Part shown: positions 32,202 through 43,933 of the stretch, piece by piece | Layout: each line of letters starts with the position of its first letter | Numbering within the stretch: the stretch's first letter is position 1 | Assembly: GCA_965240325.2 (NCBI GenBank) | Contig: OZ251246.1 | Location: 558,001-622,000 of the forward strand | Length of the DNA: 64,000 bases | Direction of reading: 5' to 3' | Origin: Rebecca billardiae RCC1528 | Taxonomy: Eukaryota > Protista > Haptophyta | Program-made: the position numbers and the translations under genes | Notes under the pieces: model-generated | Database searches by the model: none | The model's input: the letters and a program-made list of their open reading frames with translations, nothing else | Told to the model about the DNA's origin: nothing

Positions 32202-33851
32202 ATGGCCACAGCCTTCAGCCTGCACCAGTCCTGCAGCGGAGTAGGGCTGCAGGCTGCAGCCCGGACTCTCCCGCGGATGCGAAGCCGCGAGATGGCGCGC
32301 GCCTTGCCCGAGCGCACGTTTGCGCTCATCGTCGGCGGCGGGCCCGTCGGGCTGTACACCTCGCTGCTGCTTTCGCGGTACGGCGTGCCGCACGTGCTCG
32401 CCGAGCGCCGCGCCGATGTCTCCACGCACCCGCGCGCCCACCTCATCAACACGCGCTCGATGGAGCTGATGCGACAGGTGGGGCTGGAGGACGCGCTGCA
32501 CGCGCTCTCGCCGCCGCCCGAGCAGTGGCGGTTCTTCCGGTACGCCGAGTCGCTCACCGGGCGCGAGCTCGCGTGCATTGACCACTTCGGCCTGCGCAGC
32601 TGGGCCGAGCTGCTCGCCGCGAGCCCAAGCCGGCTGCTGCATCTCTCGTTGCCGCAGCTGCAGCGCACGCTGCTCGGAGCAGCGCTGGACGCGTCCGAGC
32701 GCTTCGGGCACGCGACGATCGTGCGCGAGGCGGAGGTCGTCGGGATCGAGCCGCTCGAGCCGCCCGCGCGCACCGCCGACGGCGCCGCGCTCCGCGTCGC
32801 CGTGCGCCACGCGGGCCGCACGCACGAGCTCGCGTGCGCGCACGTCGTCGCGGCCGATGGCTCGGCCAGCCTCATCCGCCGTGCGGCGGGCATCGGGCTG
32901 TCGGCCGCGGGCGGGCGGGCGGCGCCGGACGTGGCGCCGACGCGCGTGGCGAGCCCGCCGGGCCCCGCCGCGCACCGCACCGTCGACACGGAGCTCGTCC
33001 TCGAGCACTTTGACTCCGTCCACTTCCGATGCCCAGCGCTCGCGCAGAGAGTAGCGCGCCGCGCGGCGATGCTCTACTTTGTCTTCAACGCCGACGTGAT
33101 CGCGGTGCTCGTGGCGCACGACATCGAGGCGGGCGAGTGGGTGGCGCAGCTGCCCAAGTTCCCCGTCCACGTGCCCGCGCCGCGCCGCGCGGCCGGCGCG
33201 GCCCGCGCCCCGCCGCCCTCGCCCGCGCCGCCCGCGCTTCCACGGCAGGAGGTGGCCCGACTCCTCCGCGCATGCATCGGCGACCCGTCGGTTCCGTTCG
33301 AGATCCTCGACGTGCGGCCGTGGCGCATGGTCGCCGCGGTCGCCGACGCGTTCGGCACGCCGCCGCGCTCGCGATCGGACGCGGCGGCACCGCCCGATCT
33401 CGACGGCCAAGACGACGCGCTCGCGGGCCGCGTGCACCTGGCCGGTGACGCGGCGCACCAATTCCCGCCCTCCGGCGGCTTTGGGATGAACACAGGACTG
33501 CACGACGCGCACGCGCTGTGCTGGCGCGTGGCGTACGCGCAGCGCGCGCACGAGCTCGGCGTCGACGCCGGCGCCCACGGCGGCGGCGGCGCGGCGGTTC
33601 TGCGCGCCTACGGCGCGGAGCGCCGGCCGGTCGCGCTGGCAGCCGCCGAGCTGGCCGTCGTGAATTATTCCAAAGGGTTGAGGGTGCCGGCTGCACTCGG
33701 GCTGGAGCACGGCTGGCTGCGCGGCGCGGTGCGCGCGGCGGGCGTGGCCGCGTCTGCGCTGCCGCCCGCCGCGCGCGGCCTCGCGCAGGGCGCAGTGGAC
33801 GCGTTCGCCGCGATCGGCCGCCAGCCCCTGCGCCTCCTGCGCGATGGCGGC

Positions 33852-33889
<38 letters not shown>

Positions 33890-34817
33890 CGGCGGCGGCC
33901 GGGTCTCGGCGGGCGCCGCAGCCGAAAGGGCCGGCTCGGAGCGGAGCGGTGTGCTGAGCTTCCCGGCGGCGCGGCTGCGCAAGCTGCGCGAGCTGGTCGA
34001 AGGGTGCCACGGGCTGCCTATGCTCTTTCCCCACGCAGAGCTCGGCACCTGCTACAACTACCCGTCGTCACCCGAAGGTGTCAGCGCGCCCGACAGCGCG
34101 CACGGCCGCCCGTCCGACTCAGCGGCGGCGCGCTCCGCGGATGGCGTGCAGCAGTATGCGCCAAGCGGCCGGCCGGGCGCGCGGCTGCCGCACGGCTGGC
34201 TCCTCGGCCCGCCGCCCGCGGCGACCTTCGCTCCGCACGGGAGCCACGAGCTCGCGGCCGCGCTGGAGGCCCCACCGGTCAAACTCTCCAGCCTCGACCT
34301 GCTCCAGGTGTCCACCCACCACTGCACGCCGCCACGGCTGCTGCTGCTGTGCGCGCAGCGGCACGGCCCGAGCTGGGCGGCCGCCGCCGCGGCCTTGCCC
34401 GCGCCAGTGGCCGAGCTCGTGCGCGTCGTCGCCATCGCGCGCGGCGCCGGCGCCGACGAGGCGGGCGCCTCGCTCGATCGGCGATGGCCCGTCTACGCGG
34501 ACGTTGACGGAGCGTTCTTAGCGGCCGCACAGCTGCCGGCCTCGGGCGGCGCGCTGCTGGTCCGGCCTGACGGACACATCGGCTGGCGAGCCGAGTCGCT
34601 CGCGCCGAGCGCGTCAGCGACGGGTGAGCACTCGAGCGGCAGCTCGCCAACGCCCGCCGGGGATGGCGCCGCGCTGCCTCGATCAGCGACGGCGGCGGTG
34701 GTGGCCAGTCCGTGCGACACGGGTGTCATGAGCGCCGCGCTCCTCGCCGCCGTGCACGATGTGATGCGGTTCGGTGGGCAGCCAAGTGCCCAGTGGCGTG
34801 GCCCTGTGCCGCATTAG
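32202..34817 (+). CDS. FAD-dependent aromatic monooxygenase (group A; phenol / 2,4-dichlorophenol hydroxylase-like), intronless
   Basis: LIVGGGPVGL Rossmann motif, HPRAHLINTRSMEL, VVAADG, RVHLAGDAAHQFPPSGGFGMNTGLHDA, PGARLPHGWL, LLVRPDGHIGWR. Start uncertain. Confidence 0.93.
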
Positions 34818-35678
34818 TCACCGCGCGTGAGTGACGACATGCACATATGCCGCTGCTTGAGCCGCCGCCTGCAGCCTCGGCGAACCATATTAATTTTCGC
34901 GCGCGGAACGGCGCTGTCGCGGATCCGCGGAACGCGGCCCGAACCAGCAGCCTGCCGGCAGGCTGAGGACGGTGAGGCGCGCGGTGTGCCACGCGCGGTG
35001 TAGTCGATATCGCGTCACCGTCGAATATTATTATATATGCGTATATATATATATATGTCTAGCCACTCCGCCATGCCCGGCTCGCACAAGGCGTCGGGTA
35101 CGAATGGACTCTGGAGCTGGATGGTCGCGGCGCGCGGCGTCGTGGAGTAGACAGACCACGATGATCAATCATGGAACGATCAGGTTAGCTATGTTGGGAT
35201 TTGAGCAACGAACGACAGCGGGCGCTGGCAGCGGCGTGGCGGTTGAGCTGCTGCCCGAGGTCGTTCCCGAGAGCGAAGCCTGATCGATCCGATGTGAGCG
35301 GTAACCAACCGAGTCCTGCAGGTGCGCCGCTGTGGGCCAGATTGGCAGCGCACCAGGACTCCTGCGCGCGGCGGTGCGCGCGGGACAACGCAGGAATGCC
35401 GTGCGAGCCGGATTCTTGGCGTCGCTCATAGACACTCAGTTATAGGTTCCCTATAACGCCACATATATAGCAGATTCGTATATATATAGCATATCAATAT
35501 ATATATATATATATACATGTATATGCAGTATAGTTATATATATTGGTGAGATCGTCGTCATTACTCGTCAGTCTCAGAGTCATTGAATACTGACACTGCT
35601 GTCAGTGCTGACGAAGTCCTCACTGACGAGCGGCTCCAGCCACAGTCAGGGACGTCCACTGACCCTTAACCCTATGGG

Positions 35679-36569
35679 GGGTTGCATTTAGACGAACCCC
35701 TGGGAGCCAGGGAGCGATGAGGGTACCAATCGAAAGACCTCCGGGGCGGCGGACGAAGTAACGTAGTCCTCATCGAAGTAATCGACGTCTTCTCACGCCT
35801 CGACGTGTTTGAACGCGTCGTCACAGTCGAACACGGAGGACTCCATCGTGCTGAAAATTTTTTTGGGCTCCCGGACCGGTCTCTCGCACGATGGAGCTCC
35901 GCCGAGCGGGCGAGGAGACGAGACGCCTTGGAGGCCTTGATCCGGGCGCATCCGCTGGTTGGCCGCGGCACCCTGTCGCGCTCGCGCCCCGGGTGCACCT
36001 TCGTGCACTGAGAGTCACCGATGGGCGAGAAGCTGCTCGTCGACTCGAGCAAGCTGCGCGCTGTCCGCGTCGAGCTGCTCGCGCCGGCGGCCACACCTTG
36101 AGCTCGCGGCGGTGCGGGTGTGCGCATGAGCTTGTGGGCTTCGAGCTGCTCGCGCCCCGGGCCGCGCCGTCAGCTCGTGGTGGCACGGGTATGCGCACGA
36201 GCTCGTGCTTGGCTGCAGCTCCTCAGAGGACTGCCACAGCTGGCTGGCTCAGAGTTTGTTCGACGAGTGCTGAGGTGCGGTGTGGCCTGCGCGGTGCGCC
36301 GCAGCGGTCAATGCGTTGCTCGATCCTGCAGTGCACTACGTCTTGACTCGCGAGGGAGGCGCCGATATCGGGGCTGTGTGCAATGCGTCATGGCCGCTCG
36401 GCGCAGAGCCGACGCCGCACGACGCAGCCCTCAGCCAACACCAGTCACCAGCGAACACGGTCTGCTATGCGAATTCTGGCGAGTTGGGGCCTTATTGAGG
36501 CGTATTTGGTCCTTCGATCGGCTGGGGGGAGCCCCCCCCAGACCCCCCCAGAGAGTCTGAATGCACCCC
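35679..36569. mobile_element. Possible non-autonomous TIR element (~890 bp) with decayed coding-like interior
   Basis: GGGTTGCATTTAGAC (35679-35693) matches the reverse complement of GTCTGAATGCACCCC (36555-36569) at 13/15. Subterminal GGGGGGAGCCCCCC hairpin. No clear TSD. Confidence 0.35.
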
Positions 36570-36661
36570 TGCTAGACGTCCCGGACAGTGACCGGAGCCG
36601 AGCCTGACGAAGCCTGGGCGAGCGATAACAGTGTTGTCACGCCCACGGCAGCCGCTGATGC

Positions 36662-37558
36662 TCACGATGCCAGAGCGCCACCACTCACGCCCTCGCTGCC
36701 GAGCGAGCCGTCGTCGGGCACGCCGTACTTCCGCCGCAGCCACCGCTCGCGCAGCGCGTCGAGCACCGTGCCGCCGCGGAACGTGTGCAGCCACGCGTTG
36801 AACTTGGTCGCCGTGCGCGTCTTGACGACCGTACTCACAAAGGAGTTGAGCGTCTCGAAGCGTCGGCCGGCGACGCTCGCAGGGGCGTCGCGGTGGGTGG
36901 TGAGGGAGCCATCCGCGGAGAGTTCGGCCGAGGCGACGTCGCCCACCCCGGGGATGCACACGGTGAGCACGTCGCCCGCGCGGAGCACTGGCGGGCCCGG
37001 GGGCGCCGCGCTGCCGTCCGGAGTGCCGTCTGAGCCCAACATATCACTCAGCGCGACGTTGAGAGTGAGGCGCTCCTTGCGCCGCTCGGCTGGCGAGAGC
37101 TCCTCGAAGAGCTGGTCGAAGATCTCCGTGGTTTTCCGCGGGCGCGGCACCTCGCCCGCGGCCGGATCGGGCTCACGCCCGTTCCAGATGGCCCTCTTGA
37201 GGCCGCAGCCTGAGTCGCCGCCGGATGCAGTGGTGGGCAGCGTCCTGCCTGGCGGAGCATTTTGGAGGTGCGCGCGGGGCTCGGGGCCGAGGGGCGGGGA
37301 CGGGGCAGCATCGTCGTCCGCGTCGAGTCCCCCCGAGCCCCGTGGCCCCGCCTCCGCCCGGCGTGCTCTGGTCACCCGCTGCGGCCGAGGAGGCTCGGGT
37401 GAGCGCGGCCGGGCGCGCGCTCGCCGCGCAACTGGCTTGGCACCGGTGTCGTCAGCGAGGGCCCGTGATCGGGCAAGCCCGAGCGCCTCGAGTTGCTCCT
37501 TGTTGCGCCTGATGTTTTCCTGTCGCGCCTGCTCGTACTCGCTTAAGGGCTCCGACAT
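36662..37558 (-). CDS. Putative chromatin protein with C-terminal RAMA-like domain
   Basis: N-terminal LSEYEQARQENIRRNKEQLEALGL helix, common in chromatin proteins. C-terminal LRAGDVLTV...AELSADGSL...FETLNSFV...NAWLHTFRGGTVLDALRERW fits the RAMA pattern from memory. Confidence 0.65.
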   Translation of the reverse strand: MSEPLSEYEQARQENIRRNKEQLEALGLARSRALADDTGAKPVARRARARPRSPEPPRPQRVTRARRAEAGPRGSGGLDADDDAAPSPPLGPEPRAHLQNAPPGRTLPTTASGGDSGCGLKRAIWNGREPDPAAGEVPRPRKTTEIFDQLFEELSPAERRKERLTLNVALSDMLGSDGTPDGSAAPPGPPVLRAGDVLTVCIPGVGDVASAELSADGSLTTHRDAPASVAGRRFETLNSFVSTVVKTRTATKFNAWLHTFRGGTVLDALRERWLRRKYGVPDDGSLGSEGVSGGALAS

Positions 37559-37734
37559 GGTGCGGGCGGGGCGACGGTCGCGCCGAGCGACCGAGGCCAA
37601 GGCTGCGGCTGCAGGCTGCTCGCTGCTCACCGGTCAAGCGGATCGGCTCTATCACCGGACCAAGGGTGTCCGGCAGACCGGCACGGACGGCCACCGCCCG
37701 GCCGACGACATCGAGGCCGACCGAGCCGGCCGCG

Positions 37735-38401
37735 ATGAGGCGCTCGCACATAATGATTCTATTGCTCTCCTTCCTGGGCGCGGCGCTCCTCGTCGTCTTC
37801 GTGTCGAGGCGTCAACCGACTCTGGCCAGGAGCCCCCACGGCTTCCCCAATTTCCGGCTGAAAGCGGGCTGCGCACCGCCCGGCAGCGACATCTGGTACA
37901 GCCCTTCACGAGAGACGGACAGGGTGGGCCCGCGGATATTCGAGTGGTGCACCGGCCCATGCGCGGCCATCAGCTTCTACGGCCCATCTCCCGAGGTATG
38001 CTACCGACCCCGCATGCGCCGCGCTCCAGCCACACGTCATCACGCGCATGCGCGCGCACTGATGCGCTGCCGCGATGCCACAGGTTGTCATGCGCGGCTC
38101 CAGCTTGCTCTACAAACGCAGCTGTACGGTGCTACCGAACAACCCGGACGGCACGCCCAACGGTATGTGCCCGCGGCCCATCTCGAACCATAATGGAAGG
38201 GAGCTGCCCAAGAACCAGTCGGGTGACCTCGAGGCGGGCTGCTCCTGGTGGTGTGTGCACGCCGCCGCACCGCTGCGCGGTGGGCTTCGGCCGGAGCGGC
38301 GGCATGCGGCTCATGCGGGTCTTGACGTGGCGTGCGCCGCCCCTCCCGGCATTCTGCGTCTGCCCAGGACGTATGTGCGCACCACCGTCTGTCGCTACTG
38401 A
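37735..38401 (+). CDS. Small Cys-containing secreted or type II membrane protein; exons 37735-37995, 38084-38250, 38368-38401 (second intron tentative)
   Basis: Hydrophobic N-terminus MILLLSFLGAALLVVFV; GT-AG introns in frame; divergent from the RAMA gene. Confidence 0.5.
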
Positions 38402-39095
38402 TCCGACAGCAGCGCGCGAGCCGGAGGGGAAGAGAGTGAGGAAGCGCCATACCCAGCGGAATCCGGTGCGGCTCATGTCGCGGAGCAGCGGCAGTCCCTG
38501 TCTGTCGTCTGTCCCGCCGTTCCCGTGGAGTGAAGTGCAACGACGACTAGTTAGCTTGGCGCGACCATGTTCCTTCACATCCGTGATGGGTTGCCACCCG
38601 TGCTGTGATCCAGTCCGTCTGCGTTGCCTCGGCCTTGACTGTTTGAGTGCTGCTCGTCTACTGAGACTCACAGCAGTCACAGACAGTGAATTGGCACCGA
38701 CTAAATACTTATTATTGGTCTTGGGCTCGGGGCGAGTCGGGCAGCTGCCCGCCAAGCCGGGCCAGCCATCGCTGAAGTGATGACATATTTATTATTATAA
38801 TTTTTAAAAGTGGTAACGGCGGGACCGAGTCTCCGAGAGGCGAGAGCGGGAGCCGCTCCACGGCTCCATCGGCGGCACGCGGTCCGTAATATAAGCTACA
38901 CAGTGCAGCAGGCAGGTCTGGTGACCGTAGTCGGCGATGGACTCGCGGTCGTGAGGCGGGGCACGGCCTGACGGCAGGTCCGACTCAACCGATCAAGCTT
39001 AATATGACGCGGTAGTCTGGCATGCGTGGGTCGGCCCTGTCGAACGCGTGGCGTCGCGCGCCCGCCAACCGGCCCGCCCGGTGTTTTACTGTTTA

Positions 39096-42000
39096 TATTG
39101 GGATTACCGCAAGCTCCGAGCGTCTCGAGCCCTGCTAAAAGCTCACCGCGCACGACAGGACGGACGCCACCGCGAGGATCACATGCCTCGCGATCTCATC
39201 AGCTCTCAAGCCTCTGAACCTGGCCCTTATTTCCGGCGCTCTTGCGCCGGGCCAAAACAGCGATCGAGCTCCGATCGCTCCTGGGCTCGGGGCGGTAGTA
39301 TCATCGCCGTGCCGACTTACCCAGATTTTGCCGCGATCAGCCAATCGGCGATCGCACCGTCCGTCCTGTTGCCGCTCAACTTTGTACCACTGCTTCTCGT
39401 CCATGTCCGGTGCTGCTCACCTGCTTTCCTTGGACAAATCCAGTGTACCAGCATGACGCCCGCGCTGCTCCGCGCTGCTCCGCGCTGCTCCGCGCTGCTC
39501 CGCGCTGCTCCGCGCTGCTCCGCGCTGCTCCGCGCGCTCCGCGCTGCTCCGCGCTGCTCCGCGCTGCTCCGCGCTGCTCCGCGCGCTCCGCGCTGCTCCG
39601 CGCGCCCCGCGCTGCTCCGCGCTCCCGCGCCGCTGCGCCCGCGCTGCTCCGCGCCCGCGCCGCTGCGCCCGCGCTGCTCCGCGCTCGCGCGTCTGCTGCC
39701 GCGCGCGTCCTGGACGCGCGCGCTGCCAGCCACTGCTCCGCAGCAGCTGCTGCCGCCGGCCCGCCTGATGCGGCGCCAGCCCTGACACCCCAGCGGCAAC
39801 GCCATCTGCTGAGATGCGTGCCCCAGACTGTGCCAGTTCATCCGCACTGCTGCTCTGCAGCAGCTGCGCCGCCGGTCTGCCTGCTGCAGCACCGGCCCTG
39901 ACTCACCGCCGGCGACGCCATCTGCTGAGATGCGCGCCCCTGGCCTCGTCAGCTCAACACCCCCCCTCGACAGCCATAGCCGCGAGCGAGTAGCGCCGCT
40001 CATCGCGCGCGCGTCGGGTGTCGCACACCATGATGGCGTCGACGTGCCACTCAAACGTAGCAGCGTCGTCCGTCGCCTTCGTCATGATGTCGGCGTGGTA
40101 CATTGACCTCACGCCACGTACTCCGCCTCCGTCGAGCTCAGCTGGGCCATAACCTGCAGCCCGCTGCTGTGCCACGACACCGGCGATCCATTGTAGAAGA
40201 CAATGATGCAGCCACCCGTCGACCTCCACCCGGATTCCCCTGGGTTGTTAGACCAAACAGAGTCACCCAAAGTGAGCAAGTCGTCGAGCTCGTCAATCTC
40301 CGCGCGCTGGACCAACGCCTTGTCCGCGTCGGTCAGCCTCGCGCGCGCCGCTGCCTCTGGCAGCCGTATCCGCGTGCTCGCGTTCGTGCCGAATCGCTCG
40401 AGCCCGCCATCGATCGCCTCTGCGACCCGCGGCAACCCGCCCGCATCTGCGCGGCGGTCCCGCGCCAAAGTTGCGCCGGTGGTATCTCATACCACCAGTG
40501 CGACTGCGCCCATGGCGCGCCCGCACCGCCCCGATCGCCGGCCTGCGGCATCGGCGGCTGTGCGCCCGTGCGCCCGCGCTGCTGCGCCCGCGCTGACCCG
40601 CGCCCGCGCTGCTGCGCCCGCGCACCTGTGCTACGCGGCGGCCCGCCAGCATCTGCTGCGGCCCCGCGCCGGGATTCCGTCGGCGGGATCCGACCCTGCC
40701 GACCCAGGCTGTGTCGCTGACGCGCCTGCTCCGCCACGCCCGCCCTGCGGCGTCGGCGTCGACGGCTGTGCGCACGCGCTGCTGCGCCCGCGCGCTGTTC
40801 CGCGCCTGCGCTGCCGCGCCCGTGCGCTGTTCCGCGCCTGCGCTGCCGCGTCTGCGCGCTCCGCGCCCGCGCTGCTGCGCTCGCGCGCTGTTCCGCGCCC
40901 GCGCTGCTGCGCCCGCGCGCTGTTCCGCGCCAGCGCTGCCGCGCCCGCGCGCTGTTCCGCGCCCGCGCTGCCGCGCTCGCGCGCCGACGCCGACGCATCT
41001 GCGTCGCCGTCGTTCCCGACGTCGAACTCCGTCGCGTCGTCGTCACCGGCGTCGGCCGGCGGCTCGCCGCCGTCGCCGTCATCGTCCTGCGCCGCGCGGC
41101 GGCCCGCCAGCATCTGCTGCGGCCCCGCGCCGTGATTCCGCCGGCGGTATCTGACCCTGCCGACCCGGCTGCGTCATCGACGCGCCTGTCCCGCCACGCC
41201 CGCCCTGCGGCGTCGGCGTCGACGGCTGTGCGCCCGCGCTGCTGCACCCGCGCTGTCCCGCGTCCACGCTGCTGCGCCCGCGCCCCGACGTTGACGCATC
41301 TGCGTCGTCGTCGTACCCGACGTCGAACTCTGTCGCGTCGTCATTCCCGGCGTCGGCTGGCTGCTCGCCGCCGTCGCCGTCATCCGCGCCCGCGCTGCTG
41401 CACCCGCGCTGTCCCGCGTCCACGCTGCTGCGCCCGCGCCCCGACGTTGACGCATCTGCGTCGTCGTCGTACCCGACGTCGAACTCTGTCGCGTCGTCAT
41501 TCCCGGCGTCGGCTGGCTGCTCGCCGCCGTCGCCGTCCTCGTCCTCACCGTCGGCGTCACCGCCGACCGGACGATGTCCGCCGCTTACCGCGGCGCCGTC
41601 ACCATCACCCACGTACGCGCCACCGTCAGGTGCGCCCAGCGACGAGTGCCCCCCCTCGACCAGGTCGGTCTCGTCGATGCGTACGTCACGCAAGTGAAGA
41701 GACGTCCGTCGTCTACACGACATACGTACCAGAGTACGTTGAAGCCACGGAGCTGCTCCGCGCGCGGCGCGCGCTGATCGCCGCCGCCGCTGCCTCCTCC
41801 GCCCTCGCAGCCAGTCGGTATCTCTCCGCCGTCTTGGCCGCCGCCACGATCCCCGCCGTCGCCACCGCCGCCTGAGCCAGGCGATGAGCTTCGTGCGTGG
41901 ACGTGTGGGTGCCGCCGCCACCACCGGGCGTACGACCACCTGGTTCGGTGCGCCCAGCGCCGCCGAGCCACTGCCGCGCGCTGCTGCGCGCACACACGCC

Positions 42001-43933
42001 GCACCGGCGTCCTGCGCCGTGCGTGTGCTTCCGACGCCTCAGCGTCGGGTCCCCACCTGCCGCCGAATGATCTCGGCCCGCAGCATGGAATCGAGCTGAA
42101 CCTCCCGGCGTGGGCCGAGTGCCATGCACTGCCCCGCCGTCACCCCGCACTCGCGCCTTGCGCGCGCGCGGATACCGCGACTCAAAGATCGCGCCAGCGC
42201 CGCCGTCTCGGCGGCACTGCCAGCTGCGCCTCGCGTCAGCTGCAGACGTAGTCTCGGCACCGCTGCGCCGCCCCGTCATGATCCCGCGCTCGCGCCTCGC
42301 GCGCGCGCGATTCCCGCGACTCAACAGTCGCGCCAGCGCCGCCATCTCGGTGGCACTGCCAGCTGCGCCTCGCGTCAGCTGCCGGCGTAGGACCAGTGCC
42401 AAGCACTGCCCGCCGCCGTAACGGCGCTCGTGTCGCCAGATTCCACCCGGACGATTCCGATAGATCCGGGTGTGCCAACCGCCGGACCTGTGTCCAGTCC
42501 GGTCGTGCCAGCCGTGCCAGCCGGACCGCAAAACCCAGTCCAGCTGCCAGCCGCCATCCGGTGCCCTAGACCACCGGACAGGTTGATGAGCCAGCCCCTC
42601 CGAGTAGATCGCCGAGCCCGCCGTCGCCGCCGTCAGCTGCCGTGCAGCCACCCGGCGCTCGGGGTGCGTGCTCGCGCCGATCGTGCCAGTAGCGCTGCTC
42701 AGTCATCCGCCGCTGCACGCAGTAGTTCTCCTGCACCAGCTGCATCCGCTCAGATCCAATCGTGAGCTTCCGGGAGGCTGTCGTGTCGGGCTCATCACCG
42801 ACAGGTACTGTTCCTCCCAATCGACGCGAAGTTCCGCGTCCGGGCCATGCGCGGAGATGATGCCGATGATCCCTGGCATCGTAGCGCCATGCCCCATCGA
42901 GAGCGTCGCCAGTTTGCCCGCGCTCTCGGCCAGGAACCTCTGCTGCATTCCATGCGACGCCAGAGTTCCTCGTTCCGCCCATCCTGCAACCGCGGCCGCT
43001 CGTGCCCATCAGCCCAATCGATGAGAAAGGACAGTGCGGACAACTCCCTCCCTGGGGTTGCTGCGCGCATATTGGGATTACCGCAAGCTCCGAGCGTCTC
43101 GAGCCCTGCTAAAAGCTCACCGCGCACGACAGGACGGACGCCACCGCGAGGATCACATGCCTCGCGATCTCATCAGCTCTCAAGCCTCTGAACCTGGCCC
43201 TTATTTCCGGCGCTCTTGCGCCGGGCCAAAACAGCGATCGAGCTCCGATCGCTCCTGGGCTCGGGGCGGTAGTATCATCGCCGTGCCGACTTACCCAGAT
43301 TTTGCCGCGATCAGCCAATCGGCGATCGCACCGTCCGTCCTGTTGCCGCTCAACTTTGTACCACTGCTTCTCGTCCATGTCCGGTGCTGCTCACCTGCTT
43401 TCCTTGGACAAATCCAGTGTACCAGCATGACGCCCGCGCTGCTCCGCGCTGCTCCGCGCTGCTCCGCGCTGCTCCGCGCTGCTCCGCGCTGCTCCGCGCT
43501 GCTCCGCGCGCTCCGCGCTGCTCCGCGCTGCTCCGCGCTGCTCCGCGCTGCTCCGCGCGCTCCGCGCTGCTCCGCGCGCCCCGCGCTGCTCCGCGCTCCC
43601 GCGCCGCTGCGCCCGCGCTGCTCCGCGCCCGCGCCGCTGCGCCCGCGCTGCTCCGCGCTCGCGCGTCTGCTGCCGCGCGCGTCCTGGACGCGCGCGCTGC
43701 CAGCCACTGCTCCGCAGCAGCTGCTGCCGCCGGCCCGCCTGATGCGGCGCCAGCCCTGACACCCCAGCGGCAACGCCATCTGCTGAGATGCGTGCCCCAG
43801 ACTGTGCCAGTTCATCCGCACTGCTGCTCTGCAGCAGCTGCGCCGCCGGTCTGCCTGCTGCAGCACCGGCCCTGACTCACCGCCGGCGACGCCATCTGCT
43901 GAGATGCGCGCCCCTGGCCTCGTCAGCTCAACA
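39096..43933 (-). mobile_element. Non-autonomous Ty1/Copia-type LTR retrotransposon (RT deleted)
   Basis: 864-bp direct repeats at 39096-39959 and 43070-43933, minus-strand termini TGTTG...CAATA. 5-bp TSD GTTTA (39091-39095, 43934-43938). PPT GAGGGGGGG abuts the 3' LTR. Copia RNase H remnant RSTGG..FYNGSPVSWHSS..LSSTEAEYVA and ADIMTKA; integrase C-terminal remnant RDVRIDE. Confidence 0.93.
39460..39690. repeat. (CGCGCTGCTC)n 10-bp tandem repeat inside the LTR (also ~43434-43664)
   Basis: Direct reading. Confidence 0.9.

Noticed and set aside
35666-35674. TTAACCCT piggyBac-like end or telomere-like motif
   Set aside because: Single occurrence; no matching AGGGTTAA end seen.
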